Below are positions 17,029 through 27,000 of a stretch of DNA of 64,000 bases, in pieces (positions within the stretch are counted from its first letter, which is position 1; each line of letters starts with the position of its first letter). Below the pieces are notes generated by a model. The model had not been told where the DNA came from. It saw nothing but the letters and a program-made list of their open reading frames with translations, and did not search any database. The stretch comes from Chloroflexota bacterium (lineage in GTDB: Bacteria; Chloroflexota; Anaerolineae; Aggregatilineales; J027): NCBI GenBank assembly GCA_024434115.1, contig QMIT01000004.1, positions 29,073-93,072 on the forward strand. Direction: 5' to 3'. Made by a program: the position numbers and the translations under genes.

Positions 17029-18047
17029 CTTGGATTTTCGGGTGGCATAACCATAGGCGCACGGCGATTCAGCCACCACCACCCCGTCAGCCCCCACGTC
17101 AGCACAATGACATAGGTGATGGCCTGAAAGCTGATGATATAGACCAACGCTTCATCACGAGAAAAGCCAAATGGCACGAGTACCGTCACCGCGACAAATT
17201 GGAAAATGCCGACATAGCCGGGGGTGGAAGGAGCAGCACTGGCTAATCCTAATGCGGCTAATAGCAGGATCGCCTCGGCAGGATACAGGGTCAGGTCAAA
17301 CGCTCCGGCCACGATAATAGACATCAACATGTCTACCGACCAAATAATCGGCGTCATGATAGCAAACAGCAACGCGCGTTGGGGATGATGAAAAGCACGT
17401 GTGCCCAGCAAAAATTCACCGACCAAATGAGTCAGCCGTTCTTGAAAACGCTGCGGAATTGGCAGGCGCTTAATAAGCGTATAAATAACTTTTTCAAACC
17501 GATGGGCTACCGCAAATCCGGTTAATCCCACTACCCCCAAAACCGCCATCACCGCCGCCGCTGTATTCAGCCAATCGGGAATATCGGCATCCAAAAACGG
17601 GATAGCAATCAAACTGAACAAGACCAATGACAGCGCGTCCAAAATCCGTTCGGTCAGGGCTGTCGCCAATGCAAAGCTGGTGCTAACCCCCGTTTTGCGC
17701 CCAATCATTGTCGAGCGCATCAATTCACCCAGACGAGCAGGCAAAAAGCTGTTCCCCAGATACCCAATCACCATTGCCCAAAAGACGGTCAATACCGCAA
17801 TCGGTTTTTCCGCCGTCAACAGCACTCGCCAGCGCAGCGAACGCAGAAAATAGGTCCCGACCAACATCAGGCCCGCCACCACAAGGGACAGTGGTTCACC
17901 CCGGCGCAGCGTTTCCAGCATCTTGTCCCAATCCGCACCCCGCAGCGCCAAAAACAGCAGCAGCACCGCCAAACCTATCGCCAACACTAAAGACCGACGC
18001 GAGGCCGGTTTACGGGGGGTTCTATCAGAAGTTACATCTGGCATCAT
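17025..18047 (-). CDS. UPF0104 / lysylphosphatidylglycerol-synthase-TM-like (flippase-like) membrane protein
   Basis: It has about 8 TM segments. The N-terminal 'LALRGADWDKMLETLRRGEPLSL...FLRSLRWRVLL' is typical of this family. Confidence 0.7.
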   Translation of the reverse strand: MMPDVTSDRTPRKPASRRSLVLAIGLAVLLLFLALRGADWDKMLETLRRGEPLSLVVAGLMLVGTYFLRSLRWRVLLTAEKPIAVLTVFWAMVIGYLGNSFLPARLGELMRSTMIGRKTGVSTSFALATALTERILDALSLVLFSLIAIPFLDADIPDWLNTAAAVMAVLGVVGLTGFAVAHRFEKVIYTLIKRLPIPQRFQERLTHLVGEFLLGTRAFHHPQRALLFAIMTPIIWSVDMLMSIIVAGAFDLTLYPAEAILLLAALGLASAAPSTPGYVGIFQFVAVTVLVPFGFSRDEALVYIISFQAITYVIVLTWGLTGWWWLNRRAPMVMPPENPS

Positions 18048-18074
18048 GCGCGTTTTTCAATCGAATAAAATGGG

Positions 18075-18554
18075 TTAATCAGATTTCCGCAGCAGACCTT
18101 TGTAAATACCGGGAGTAGAGCCTTCAATTAGAGTCGCGCCCACCGCCTTCGCATAAAAATCGGCTGGTCCCACCCCACCAATAATGGCATAGCCGTAACC
18201 TTCCCACCACATGCTGTGTAAACACACCAGCAGCAGGGCCTTGCCAATCCCACGCCCACGCACGGTTTCGCTGACCCCCGTCGGCCCAAAAAAGCCCTTG
18301 CGGGTGGTGTCATAACACCCAAAACCGACCAATGAATCTTTTTCAGTGGCGATAAAACACGATACAGGTTGGCGCGAAAAGGCGACCTCGCACTCGCTTT
18401 GCCAAAACTTGCTAAATTTTTCGCCCACCCAGTCCACAACGAAATGTTTTTCGGGAGTGATGGCCCGTCGAATGGTAACACCACTGGCAGCCTGCTCTTT
18501 GAGAATAGGGTCTAGTTCGGGAAGTTCGTAGAGTTTGACCAGCATATCTGGCAT
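18075..18554 (-). CDS. GNAT-family N-acetyltransferase
   Basis: It carries the acetyl-CoA loop 'VRGRGIGKALL'. Confidence 0.7.
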   Translation of the reverse strand: MPDMLVKLYELPELDPILKEQAASGVTIRRAITPEKHFVVDWVGEKFSKFWQSECEVAFSRQPVSCFIATEKDSLVGFGCYDTTRKGFFGPTGVSETVRGRGIGKALLLVCLHSMWWEGYGYAIIGGVGPADFYAKAVGATLIEGSTPGIYKGLLRKSD

Positions 18555-18566
18555 AGGTAATCCTCC

Positions 18567-19460
18567 CTATTCAAGCGGCAATTCTATCACGTTACGTAGC
18601 ATCCCGCGATTCTCAGATAGGCGCTGGCGGGCTTCCTCAACAGAAATATTCAGCAGGCCAACCACAATAGCCGTCTTGACTTCGTTGTTACTCAATTGGA
18701 GCAAGCGGGCGGCTTCGTCTTGGCCCAACCCGACCACCTCCGCCACAATGCCCCGTGCGCGATTGGCGAGTTTTTGATTGGTCACACGCACATCCACCAT
18801 GAGGTTGCCATAGACCTTGCCGAGTTTAATCATACTGGCAGTGGATAGCATATTGAGAATCATTTTTTGCGCCGTGCCTGCTTTCATGCGCGTCGAACCC
18901 GTAATGACCTCTGGCCCCACCAATGCTGCAATCCTGATGCTGGCCCGGTCTAAAATCGGGGCCGGGGTGTTACACGCAATAGCAATGGTCTTTGTTCCAA
19001 TTTCATTGGCCGTGTCCAACACCCCTAGTACATAGGGTGTGGTGCCACTGGCGGCAATCCCCACCACCACATCATGCGGCGTTGGGTTGAGGGCCAAGAA
19101 ATCAGTTTTGCCCTGCTCATAACGATCCTCCGCGCCTTCCACTGCTTGGGTCAGCGCAGGATCACCCCCTGCTAAAAGGGCCTGTACCATTTCTGGTGGT
19201 GTGCTAAAGGTTGGCTGGCATTCCACCGCGTCCAACACCCCCAAGCGACCACTCGTGCCTGCTCCAGCATAAATCAAGCGCCCCCCCAAGTGAAATTGGG
19301 CTGTAATGACATCCACTGCTTGGGCAATTTCGGGCAGTAGGCTACGAATCACCCCAGCAATCGAGGCGTCTTCGTCATTAATGACTTCCAAAATTTCCAG
19401 CGTCGAAAGGCGGTCTATTTGCTGAGTACGTAGATTACGCGATTCGGTCAATGGCTGCAT
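18567..19460 (-). CDS. murQ: N-acetylmuramic acid 6-phosphate etherase
   Basis: The sequence 'TESRN..T..IDRLSTLEIL..IN.ED......V' and the SIS-domain motif 'GGRLIYAGAGTSGRLG' are present. I chose the ATG at 19460 within ORF 18567..19568. Confidence 0.85.
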   Translation of the reverse strand: MQPLTESRNLRTQQIDRLSTLEILEVINDEDASIAGVIRSLLPEIAQAVDVITAQFHLGGRLIYAGAGTSGRLGVLDAVECQPTFSTPPEMVQALLAGGDPALTQAVEGAEDRYEQGKTDFLALNPTPHDVVVGIAASGTTPYVLGVLDTANEIGTKTIAIACNTPAPILDRASIRIAALVGPEVITGSTRMKAGTAQKMILNMLSTASMIKLGKVYGNLMVDVRVTNQKLANRARGIVAEVVGLGQDEAARLLQLSNNEVKTAIVVGLLNISVEEARQRLSENRGMLRNVIELPLE

Positions 19461-20380
19461 GGGGATTCCTTTTCTGATGATGCAAGCACGTCCAACGCCA
19501 ACAGCACCGCCCCTATCACTGGAGGATAGCGGGGAACAGGAATGGCGGGTAGTTGAAGATGGCGACATAAACCTGAACTAAGCGCATTCGGATGGGTCAA
19601 CAATCCACCTGCGAAAGCAATGGGGGCGTCAGGAAAATTGAGCATGTCGCGTAGGGCGGTGACATGTCCAACTAAATGCTGTACGGCCTCCGCAACAAGA
19701 CGACTGGCAACGGCATCCCCCGCATCAGCCTGTTGGATTACCAACGGGGCCAATTGAGCAATTTCTGAGTTGCGGGCTTGGGCATAGAGCCAACGAATCA
19801 AGTCTCGCGGCTTCTCTAAATTCAGTTCATGCAGCACAATTTCGGCGAGGCTTGTTTTTGCGGCACGGCGCTCACTGGCCTGCGCGATGGCCTTTAATAC
19901 GGACAGTCCCAACCAATAACCGCTACCCTCATCACCAAGCAAATAACCCCACCCACCGACAACAGCCGCCTGCCCCGTCGGATTGACCCCATAAGCGACA
20001 CTGCCCGTTCCCGCCAAAATCAAAATCCCTTCGCGCTTGCCATGTGCCCCCACCAACGCGATTTCTTGGTCGGCACTGGGACGGATTTTGGCATTTGGGA
20101 TGATCGGGCCAACGACCTCACACAGCCAATCCGCCGAATGGTCAGCCGATGCCCCCGCCACCCCAATACACACGGCTTGAATATCGCCGGGTTGCAAATG
20201 GGCATTTTCGATTGCGGTCTGCATATGCTGGCGAATCAATGCTGCCGCTGCTTCATGTCCAATCACACTGGGATTGACCGTTCCGGCATGGCTTTCACCC
20301 ACAACCTGCAAATCTTGGGTCACTACCACCACGCGGAGATTACTACCCCCTCCGTCAATGCCCATCACATACTGGCTCAT
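19448..20380 (-). CDS. BadF/BadG/BcrA/BcrD-type ATPase, probable MurNAc/GlcNAc kinase (MurK-like)
   Basis: It has the phosphate-1 motif 'MGIDGGGSNLR', plus 'ILAGTGS' and 'GGWGYLLGDEGSGYW'. It lies between murQ and anmK. Confidence 0.7.
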   Translation of the reverse strand: MSQYVMGIDGGGSNLRVVVVTQDLQVVGESHAGTVNPSVIGHEAAAALIRQHMQTAIENAHLQPGDIQAVCIGVAGASADHSADWLCEVVGPIIPNAKIRPSADQEIALVGAHGKREGILILAGTGSVAYGVNPTGQAAVVGGWGYLLGDEGSGYWLGLSVLKAIAQASERRAAKTSLAEIVLHELNLEKPRDLIRWLYAQARNSEIAQLAPLVIQQADAGDAVASRLVAEAVQHLVGHVTALRDMLNFPDAPIAFAGGLLTHPNALSSGLCRHLQLPAIPVPRYPPVIGAVLLALDVLASSEKESPCSH

Positions 20381-21561
20381 GGGATACCCCATGTTTGCTG
20401 AAGCAATGTTGCATAATTTCTGCCGGGGGTGATTTGGCCCAAAATCGCCGGATGGGATGCTCCTGTCAACGCGGGCAAATTACCGGGGCGGTTGTGCCAT
20501 GTCTCGTAAGCCAAGATCGCAAAAACCAGCGCTTCTTTAAAATCGCTGCTGAGGCCAATATCCTCATGGCGCAGAATCTTTGCATTCGGCATGAAATTTT
20601 GCAAATAGGCCACCAACGTGCGGTTATGTTGACCCCCACCGCCCAAAATGACTTCCGCAGGGGGATGAGGGGCAAATCGGCGGTAGGCGTCGGCAATGCT
20701 ACTGGCAGTGAGGGCCGTCAGAGTGGCAATAATCGCCTCTCGGTTCAAACCGCGTGTTTGGCCCACTTGTACCAATTGTTGCCCCATCGCCGAGCCGAAT
20801 AACTCCCGCCCCGTTGTTTTGGGGGGACGGCGTTGGAGATAGGGATGGGCCATCAATTCGGCCAACCACCCCTCATCAATTTGACCCCCTGACGCCAATG
20901 CCCCGTCATGGTCATAGGTTTGCGCCCCATCGGTCAAAACCGTCGTGGCAATATCAATCAAGGCATTACCGGGGCCAGTATCAAAGGCTAAGGGCAGGCT
21001 GGTTTCATCACATAGGGGCGGCAAAAAAGTGACATTGCCCATCCCGCCGATATTTTGTACGGCCCGCCAGTGTTCGGGGTGGCGCAGCAGCAACCAGTCC
21101 GCATATCCGGTCAGCGGCGCTCCCTGCCCCCCGGCAGTGACATCACGCGGACGAAAATTGTGAATGGTGGTGATGCCCGTCCGTTCTGCAATCACCGCCG
21201 CCTCGCCGATTTGCAATGTGGCGCTGACATGCCCGGGGTCCTCGACTTGATGCCAGACCGTCTGACCATGTGAGGCAATCAGGTCAATATCAGCGGCGGT
21301 TAATCCGGCCTGTGTTATCAATTGATGGACAGCCTCGGCAAACCACTCCCCCAAGTCGAAATTGAGACGGCATACTTCATCCACATATCCGGTGCTTGGA
21401 TGACAGGCGGCAAGGATGCGTTGGCGCTGGTCAGGCTGATAATTCAGCGTGATGGCCGCTAAGATTTTGGCCTGCAACTGGGGCGGTTGGCCTTCAATTT
21501 GGCACAGCGCTGCATCAATACCATCCGCTGACGTACCCGACATCAACCCAATGATTTGCAT
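20377..21561 (-). CDS. anmK: anhydro-N-acetylmuramic acid kinase
   Basis: It starts 'IGLMSGTSADGIDAAL'. Length and internal motifs are typical of AnmK. Confidence 0.85.
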   Translation of the reverse strand: MQIIGLMSGTSADGIDAALCQIEGQPPQLQAKILAAITLNYQPDQRQRILAACHPSTGYVDEVCRLNFDLGEWFAEAVHQLITQAGLTAADIDLIASHGQTVWHQVEDPGHVSATLQIGEAAVIAERTGITTIHNFRPRDVTAGGQGAPLTGYADWLLLRHPEHWRAVQNIGGMGNVTFLPPLCDETSLPLAFDTGPGNALIDIATTVLTDGAQTYDHDGALASGGQIDEGWLAELMAHPYLQRRPPKTTGRELFGSAMGQQLVQVGQTRGLNREAIIATLTALTASSIADAYRRFAPHPPAEVILGGGGQHNRTLVAYLQNFMPNAKILRHEDIGLSSDFKEALVFAILAYETWHNRPGNLPALTGASHPAILGQITPGRNYATLLQQTWGIP

Positions 21562-22766
21562 CAGCCCGCCGCCTTTCCAATCAGGTTATGCACATCGCGG
21601 CGCAGTTCAAATTTGCCGGGGGCGTCCCGACCCGGATAGACCGAATTGGTCAACAGCGCCACAACCAACTGCTTGGTCGGGTCAATAAACAGCGATGTCC
21701 CCGTAAATCCGGTGTGCCCATAGGTCGAAATATCCATAAATTCGCCCGCAGATGACCCCTCGGTGGCTTTAATCATCCAACCCAAGCCCTTACGGTTGCC
21801 ATCGGTTTCGGCCTGTTCATGCACCGCCTTAACCATAAGGTCAGAATCAATCTTGAGACGGGGGTCATGGCTTAGCCATGCCTGCCCGAATGTCGCCACA
21901 TCTCGAACATTGGCGAATAACCCGGCATGACCCGCCACCCCGCCGACCCCACAGGCATTTTCATCATGCACCTCACCCCAACACCGTCGTTTGCGCCATT
22001 TAGGGTCATCTTCCGTCGGGGCGATATTTTCACGCCCAACATTATTTTGTAGGGGGTTAAAAGTGGACGATGATAACCCTAACGGCGCGGTGACATGCTC
22101 CTGAATAGCGGTGTCTAAGGGGCGCTGTGTGATTCGGATCACGGCTTCCCCAAGCAGCATCAAGCCGATGTCGCTGTAAATTACCTTTTCATTGGGCCGC
22201 GCCACAAACGCATAGTTGTAAATCGCGCTCAAGCCGCGTGACCATCGTTCTCCCTGTGTGATAGGGTCATGCTGCGTCGGTGGCATGGGGGCAGGGCCAG
22301 CGGCGTTAAATACATCGCGCCACGCCGGAAGACCAGAAGTGTGAGTCAACAAATGGAAAAATGTCACCTGTGCCGGATCAACCGCTTTGCCCCTCACCAT
22401 GTCGGGAATTGGCAGCACTTCTTTGCTGTGTGGGTCTTGCCCCCCATCCATCGGACGCGGAGTCAATAGACCAAATTCGGGGATAACCTCGACCAGTGGC
22501 GTATGGAGGGTCACTTTCCCCGCGCTGACCTTCTGCAAAAAGGCCGTCACGGTGAACAGCTTGGTCACCGAAGCCAAATCAAAGAGTGTATCCGTCGTCA
22601 CCGGGATTTTTTGGGTGTCGGGGTCAACCCATCCCCATGCGTGATGGAGAATCACTTCACCCCGCAAAATCGCCATAATTGTTACTGCGGGAGCGACGGT
22701 ATCCAAACGAGAAGTGATGATTTCATCAAGGCGGGTTTCTAAAGTGGATGAAAATTTGCGTACCAC
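21561..22766 (-). CDS. beta-lactamase-fold serine hydrolase, candidate AmiE-like MurNAc-L-Ala amidase
   Basis: It has the SxxK motif 'ASVTKLF' and no signal peptide. Its position mirrors amiE in the B. subtilis murQ-murR-murP-amiE-nagZ-namZ cluster. Confidence 0.65.
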   Translation of the reverse strand: MVRKFSSTLETRLDEIITSRLDTVAPAVTIMAILRGEVILHHAWGWVDPDTQKIPVTTDTLFDLASVTKLFTVTAFLQKVSAGKVTLHTPLVEVIPEFGLLTPRPMDGGQDPHSKEVLPIPDMVRGKAVDPAQVTFFHLLTHTSGLPAWRDVFNAAGPAPMPPTQHDPITQGERWSRGLSAIYNYAFVARPNEKVIYSDIGLMLLGEAVIRITQRPLDTAIQEHVTAPLGLSSSTFNPLQNNVGRENIAPTEDDPKWRKRRCWGEVHDENACGVGGVAGHAGLFANVRDVATFGQAWLSHDPRLKIDSDLMVKAVHEQAETDGNRKGLGWMIKATEGSSAGEFMDISTYGHTGFTGTSLFIDPTKQLVVALLTNSVYPGRDAPGKFELRRDVHNLIGKAAG

Positions 22767-22775
22767 CCGTTCCCC

Positions 22776-23942
22776 CTATTCGTACAACAAAAATAGCTGG
22801 CGACGGCGTTGAAATTCGGTACAAAATTGTGACCACCCCGCCGTCAATTGCTCCATTGTTGCCCCAGACTCAATTGCATCGCGCATGGAGGGCGAACCCG
22901 TTAATAAATCAAAATGGCACCGACCCGTTTCGGGATGGATGGGCGACCAGCCGAATTGCTCAGGATAGAGCGCCCGAATATGGCAAATTACCTTGAGCCA
23001 TGTTTCGATAGGTCGCCAAATGGTCAAATCGGTGATATGGGCCTGCACGCCTTGACATTCTTGCCCGGCCCATTTGCTGGCAGTCGGTTGAAAGCTATGG
23101 GGTCGAAAGCGCACACCGGGCCAATTTTGGGCATTGAGTGATTCCGCCAATGCCATCCCATCAATATAGGGTGCGCCAACCACCTCAAAAGGTAGGGTTG
23201 TGCCGCGCCCCTCCGATAGCGTCGTCCCCTCCAAAAAACACGCGCCGGGGTAATGCTGTACCGCGCTCAGATGTCCAATCGCAGGCGAAGTCGGCACCCA
23301 CGCCCGTCCGGTGTCCTGCCATGTCATCACTCGCCGCCATCCATCGCACGGAATCACGGTCAGTTGGGCAGGATACGGGTTGTAGTGCGAATTTAGGAAC
23401 TGGGCCATCTCACCCAATGTCATGCCATGCTGCACAGGGACGGAATATCGCCCCACAAATGAAGCCACCGAAGGGTCAAGGGGTGGGCCAGCGACGATTA
23501 CCCCCCCCAGCGGATTGGGGCGGTCTAAAATCATGACCTCCACCCCATATTCGCCTGCCGCCTCCAAAATATAGGAAATCGTCCAGAGATAGGTATAGAA
23601 GCGCACACCGATGCCTTGAATATCGCAGACCAATACATCTAGATTTTTGAGCATCTCAGCGGTAGGTCGAAAGGTCGCTCCATAGAGGCTATGGATCGGA
23701 ATTCCGGTGCGTGGGTCAAGGCTAGAATTAACCTCTGCTCCATCCGCCGCCGCGCCAACAAAGCCATGTTCCGGGCCAAAAAGCGCCGTCAGTTGAATTT
23801 CAGGGGTATGGGTGACAATCTGATAGGTGGTGTTGAATTGAGCATCGGTAGCACTGGGATTGGTCATCAGGCCAACCCGCTTGCCCTGTAGGGGGCGATA
23901 ATGGTCGGCACGCAGGACTTCTAGCCCTGTTGAGATAGACAT
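22776..23942 (-). CDS. namZ: DUF1343 family exo-beta-N-acetylmuramidase (NamZ/YbbC-like)
   Basis: The sequence 'LQGKRVGLMTNPSA...LFGPEHGF' is characteristic of DUF1343. I preferred the ATG at 23942 over the TTG at 23966. No signal peptide is present. Confidence 0.75.
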   Translation of the reverse strand: MSISTGLEVLRADHYRPLQGKRVGLMTNPSATDAQFNTTYQIVTHTPEIQLTALFGPEHGFVGAAADGAEVNSSLDPRTGIPIHSLYGATFRPTAEMLKNLDVLVCDIQGIGVRFYTYLWTISYILEAAGEYGVEVMILDRPNPLGGVIVAGPPLDPSVASFVGRYSVPVQHGMTLGEMAQFLNSHYNPYPAQLTVIPCDGWRRVMTWQDTGRAWVPTSPAIGHLSAVQHYPGACFLEGTTLSEGRGTTLPFEVVGAPYIDGMALAESLNAQNWPGVRFRPHSFQPTASKWAGQECQGVQAHITDLTIWRPIETWLKVICHIRALYPEQFGWSPIHPETGRCHFDLLTGSPSMRDAIESGATMEQLTAGWSQFCTEFQRRRQLFLLYE

Positions 23943-24005
23943 AAAAAACACTCCGGTGTTGTCCAAAACGATAGAGCATTAGAAACACCAGAGTGTCACT
24001 AATGC

Positions 24006-25328
24006 TTAGAATTTATATTCCAGCGAACGGTCTACCAGTTTGTTGATAATCTCAACAATAAAGGCGTTGTCTTCATTGAATTCGCCTGTGCGTTTGGTCT
24101 GTGCTTCGGAGATCATATGCAGTGAATTCGTCACATTTTCGCCACTCATGGTTAGGCGATTAGCGATAATGATCCCGGCAGCAATAAGCGGCAAATAGAC
24201 CTGTGCGTAGGTCAATTCCGTATTATTTTGCAGCGCAGAACTGATGTTTTCGGCGTAATCGTTAATTTCGTCAACCGTCCCAAAATCCTCTTTCAAGACC
24301 GTCGTGAGCATTCTGAAGGCATGGCGAACCGCATCTTTGATGAGTTCAGGGTATATGTGTGTTTTAATCACGCGATCCGGGTAATCCACTAGACGGGCAT
24401 CATCAAAAAATACCCATGTCAGTTTGTTATACCAATCGGGGAATGTCGGGTTCGGATTAATTTTGGTCGGCTGCTCGACCTTAAGTTCACACAGCACATG
24501 GGTCAGCACTTTGGAAATATAAAGCGCCTCAACCGCCTGCAACACATAACCGGTCTTATTGAACCACTCCAAAGTGGCCTCGTTGATTACCTTGATGAAG
24601 TCGTTCGCAATCAGCTTTGCCAAAAAAGCATCCATCTGGGGCTTGACTCGCTCTTTTAGGACATTTTCATCAAGGTAATCACGCATTGTCCATAGGCTGT
24701 TCCAGCTTCCTTTGACGGCAATAGCTGGAACTTCGGCTGCTGTGACAACATCAAAACTGGAGTTAAGGTTGTGTTTGCGCCATGTGTCCACATGAGCATC
24801 CCAGCGGAGTTTGCGTAAACTCAGCAGGCTCAAACGTACCTCTTCCGATAAACTGCCCAAATTGGGATCACCCCCACCCTCTGGCAAACGCACACGAGCG
24901 GGTTTTTGGGCTTTGTCCGTCAATTCGGCATGAATTTCGGCGGTCAATGGGTAATGACCGGGGGCGGCCTTGCGTAAACACACTGCTGGAATAATCACAT
25001 AACCGACCTCAGCGGGTTGTAAGGCGACACGAACTCGCTGCGAAGGGGTTGCAAACATATGCGGATGTTTGGCAGCATCTTCTTCGGGCAACTTGGGCAA
25101 GATCACCACGTTGATCTGCATATCAGACGGGTTTTGCAACATCACTATCAGTTCAAAATTTTGTCCGGCGATTACTTGGGTCGGACGAGTAGCGACAGCG
25201 CATTGGACTATATCAATATTGATGGGTTTCTTGTTGGTGACAAGTCCAATTAAATCCGGATAGTTGGGCGGCGGGACAGCCGGCATAGTCTTGGTGGCGG
25301 TTTTGGGGATGCTTTTGTTGGAGGGCAT
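24006..25328 (-). CDS. hypothetical 440-aa protein (beta-rich N-terminal half, helical C-terminal half)
   Basis: It is a long clean ORF that is AT-richer than its neighbours, flanked by 109-nt and about 60-nt non-coding gaps. I recognise no motif. Confidence 0.6.
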   Translation of the reverse strand: MPSNKSIPKTATKTMPAVPPPNYPDLIGLVTNKKPINIDIVQCAVATRPTQVIAGQNFELIVMLQNPSDMQINVVILPKLPEEDAAKHPHMFATPSQRVRVALQPAEVGYVIIPAVCLRKAAPGHYPLTAEIHAELTDKAQKPARVRLPEGGGDPNLGSLSEEVRLSLLSLRKLRWDAHVDTWRKHNLNSSFDVVTAAEVPAIAVKGSWNSLWTMRDYLDENVLKERVKPQMDAFLAKLIANDFIKVINEATLEWFNKTGYVLQAVEALYISKVLTHVLCELKVEQPTKINPNPTFPDWYNKLTWVFFDDARLVDYPDRVIKTHIYPELIKDAVRHAFRMLTTVLKEDFGTVDEINDYAENISSALQNNTELTYAQVYLPLIAAGIIIANRLTMSGENVTNSLHMISEAQTKRTGEFNEDNAFIVEIINKLVDRSLEYKF

Positions 25329-25437
25329 GGCAATATAACTCCATCAATACAAAGCGTTAACATTGGAATTTCCATCCATTATAAATTTAATTGAGTTCAT
25401 CGCCAGTTAACATATGCCCTAAGATATGCCCCCAATG

Positions 25438-26997
25438 TCACATTTTCAAATTGCCTGACCCATTGATCGGCACAAATAGCCCCAACAAGGCCTCAACCCC
25501 CGCTGCTAAGGACGGTTTGCTATCCCCACAGGTACACAGAATCGTCCCACTTTCTGACAAAACCTCAACATCATACGGATTGCGCAGGGCCATCAAAATC
25601 ACCCGTTTGGAGAGGGCCAATAATTCACGGGCCACCTCCCACTGCTCGGCAATTAAATGGGCATTCCGCGTCGCCAGAACCAATACATCCGACTGGGCCG
25701 CTAATTCCCGCGCACGGGCCAAATCTTCGGGGCGATACTCCATCGGGCGCAGGCTGACACTTGGGATATGGGCCGCATGTTGGTGCAATAAATGGGTAAA
25801 TCCACTTAAACCGCCCTGCTCCATAATTTCCGAATCTATCATCGAGGCAAATTCGACCACTCCGACCTTTGCCCCTTCGCGCAAGGGAAAATTATCTGGC
25901 TCAGACTTCACCAACACCACCCCCGCACGGGCCGCTTGAAGGGACAATTGCAAATGTTCGGGTTTGCGAATGACCTCCAATTGTGGCTCACCGGAAATCG
26001 CGTATTTCTCTTTGAGGGCCATCACCCGCGCAACAGCCTCATCTATACGAGCCGTCGGCACGCGACCCGTTTGCACCGCGTCCAATAGCGAATAATACAC
26101 CTCCACGCTGAGGGGGTGTTGATCGGTGAAGCTGTGTGAGAACAAAATCAAATCCACGCCCGCTAGTGCCGCCAAAACCGCCGATTCGCCCGACCCGTAA
26201 TGATTAGCAATTGCTTTCATTTCCATACAATCGGTGCAGGCCACCCCCGTAAAACCGATTTCGTGGCGCAGCAGGTCTTGAATGATACGGGGGGATAGGG
26301 TTGCCGGATAGTCAGGGTCGAGTTCGGTGAATTTGACATGGCTAATCATGACCGTCGCCGTGCCCTCATTCACCACTGCGCGAAACGGCACGAGATCATG
26401 TTCCCACAAATAGTCCAATGAGTCATCAATCACGGCCAGCGCCAAATGGGTATCTACCGGGGTATTGCCCAAACCGGGAAAATGTTTGGCACTCGCCGCG
26501 ACAGTGGCCTTTTGAAACCCACGTACTTCCGCAACCGCCAACTGCGCCACCCGTGTTTTGTCGCGCCCCAACGAACGTGTGCCCACACTCGGATTGGAAA
26601 TATCATGGGTAATGTCCACCACCGGGGCGAGATTCCAATTGATACCAAGCGCCCGTAGTTCAGTCGCCAGCATTTCGGATACTTCCTCCGCCAGCGATTC
26701 CGAATCCGCCACACCCAAAACCATCGCACCGGGGCTTTCGGTAAAACCCTCCCGCAAGCGAGCAACCGTACCACCTTCTTGGTCAATACAAATCAGCAGG
26801 GAGTATTTGGATGCCTGATGCAAGGCTTGGGTTAGCTTGGCAACCTGCTGTGGGTTTTGAATATTGCGTCCAAACAGGATAACCCCGCCAATGCGTCCCT
26901 CGGCCAGCCATTGCAACAGATATTCAGGGGCTTCATAGCCATGAAAACCCACCACGAGCATCTGTCCGATTTTTTCTTCAAGAGTCCTTGGGTGCAT
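25438..26997 (-). CDS. nagZ: glycoside hydrolase family 3 beta-N-acetylhexosaminidase (two-domain NagZ)
   Basis: The motifs 'KIGQMLVVGF', 'INWNLAPVVDI' and 'KHFPGLGNTPVDTH' are present. No signal peptide is present. Confidence 0.8.
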   Translation of the reverse strand: MHPRTLEEKIGQMLVVGFHGYEAPEYLLQWLAEGRIGGVILFGRNIQNPQQVAKLTQALHQASKYSLLICIDQEGGTVARLREGFTESPGAMVLGVADSESLAEEVSEMLATELRALGINWNLAPVVDITHDISNPSVGTRSLGRDKTRVAQLAVAEVRGFQKATVAASAKHFPGLGNTPVDTHLALAVIDDSLDYLWEHDLVPFRAVVNEGTATVMISHVKFTELDPDYPATLSPRIIQDLLRHEIGFTGVACTDCMEMKAIANHYGSGESAVLAALAGVDLILFSHSFTDQHPLSVEVYYSLLDAVQTGRVPTARIDEAVARVMALKEKYAISGEPQLEVIRKPEHLQLSLQAARAGVVLVKSEPDNFPLREGAKVGVVEFASMIDSEIMEQGGLSGFTHLLHQHAAHIPSVSLRPMEYRPEDLARARELAAQSDVLVLATRNAHLIAEQWEVARELLALSKRVILMALRNPYDVEVLSESGTILCTCGDSKPSLAAGVEALLGLFVPINGSGNLKM

Positions 26998-27000
26998 GGT

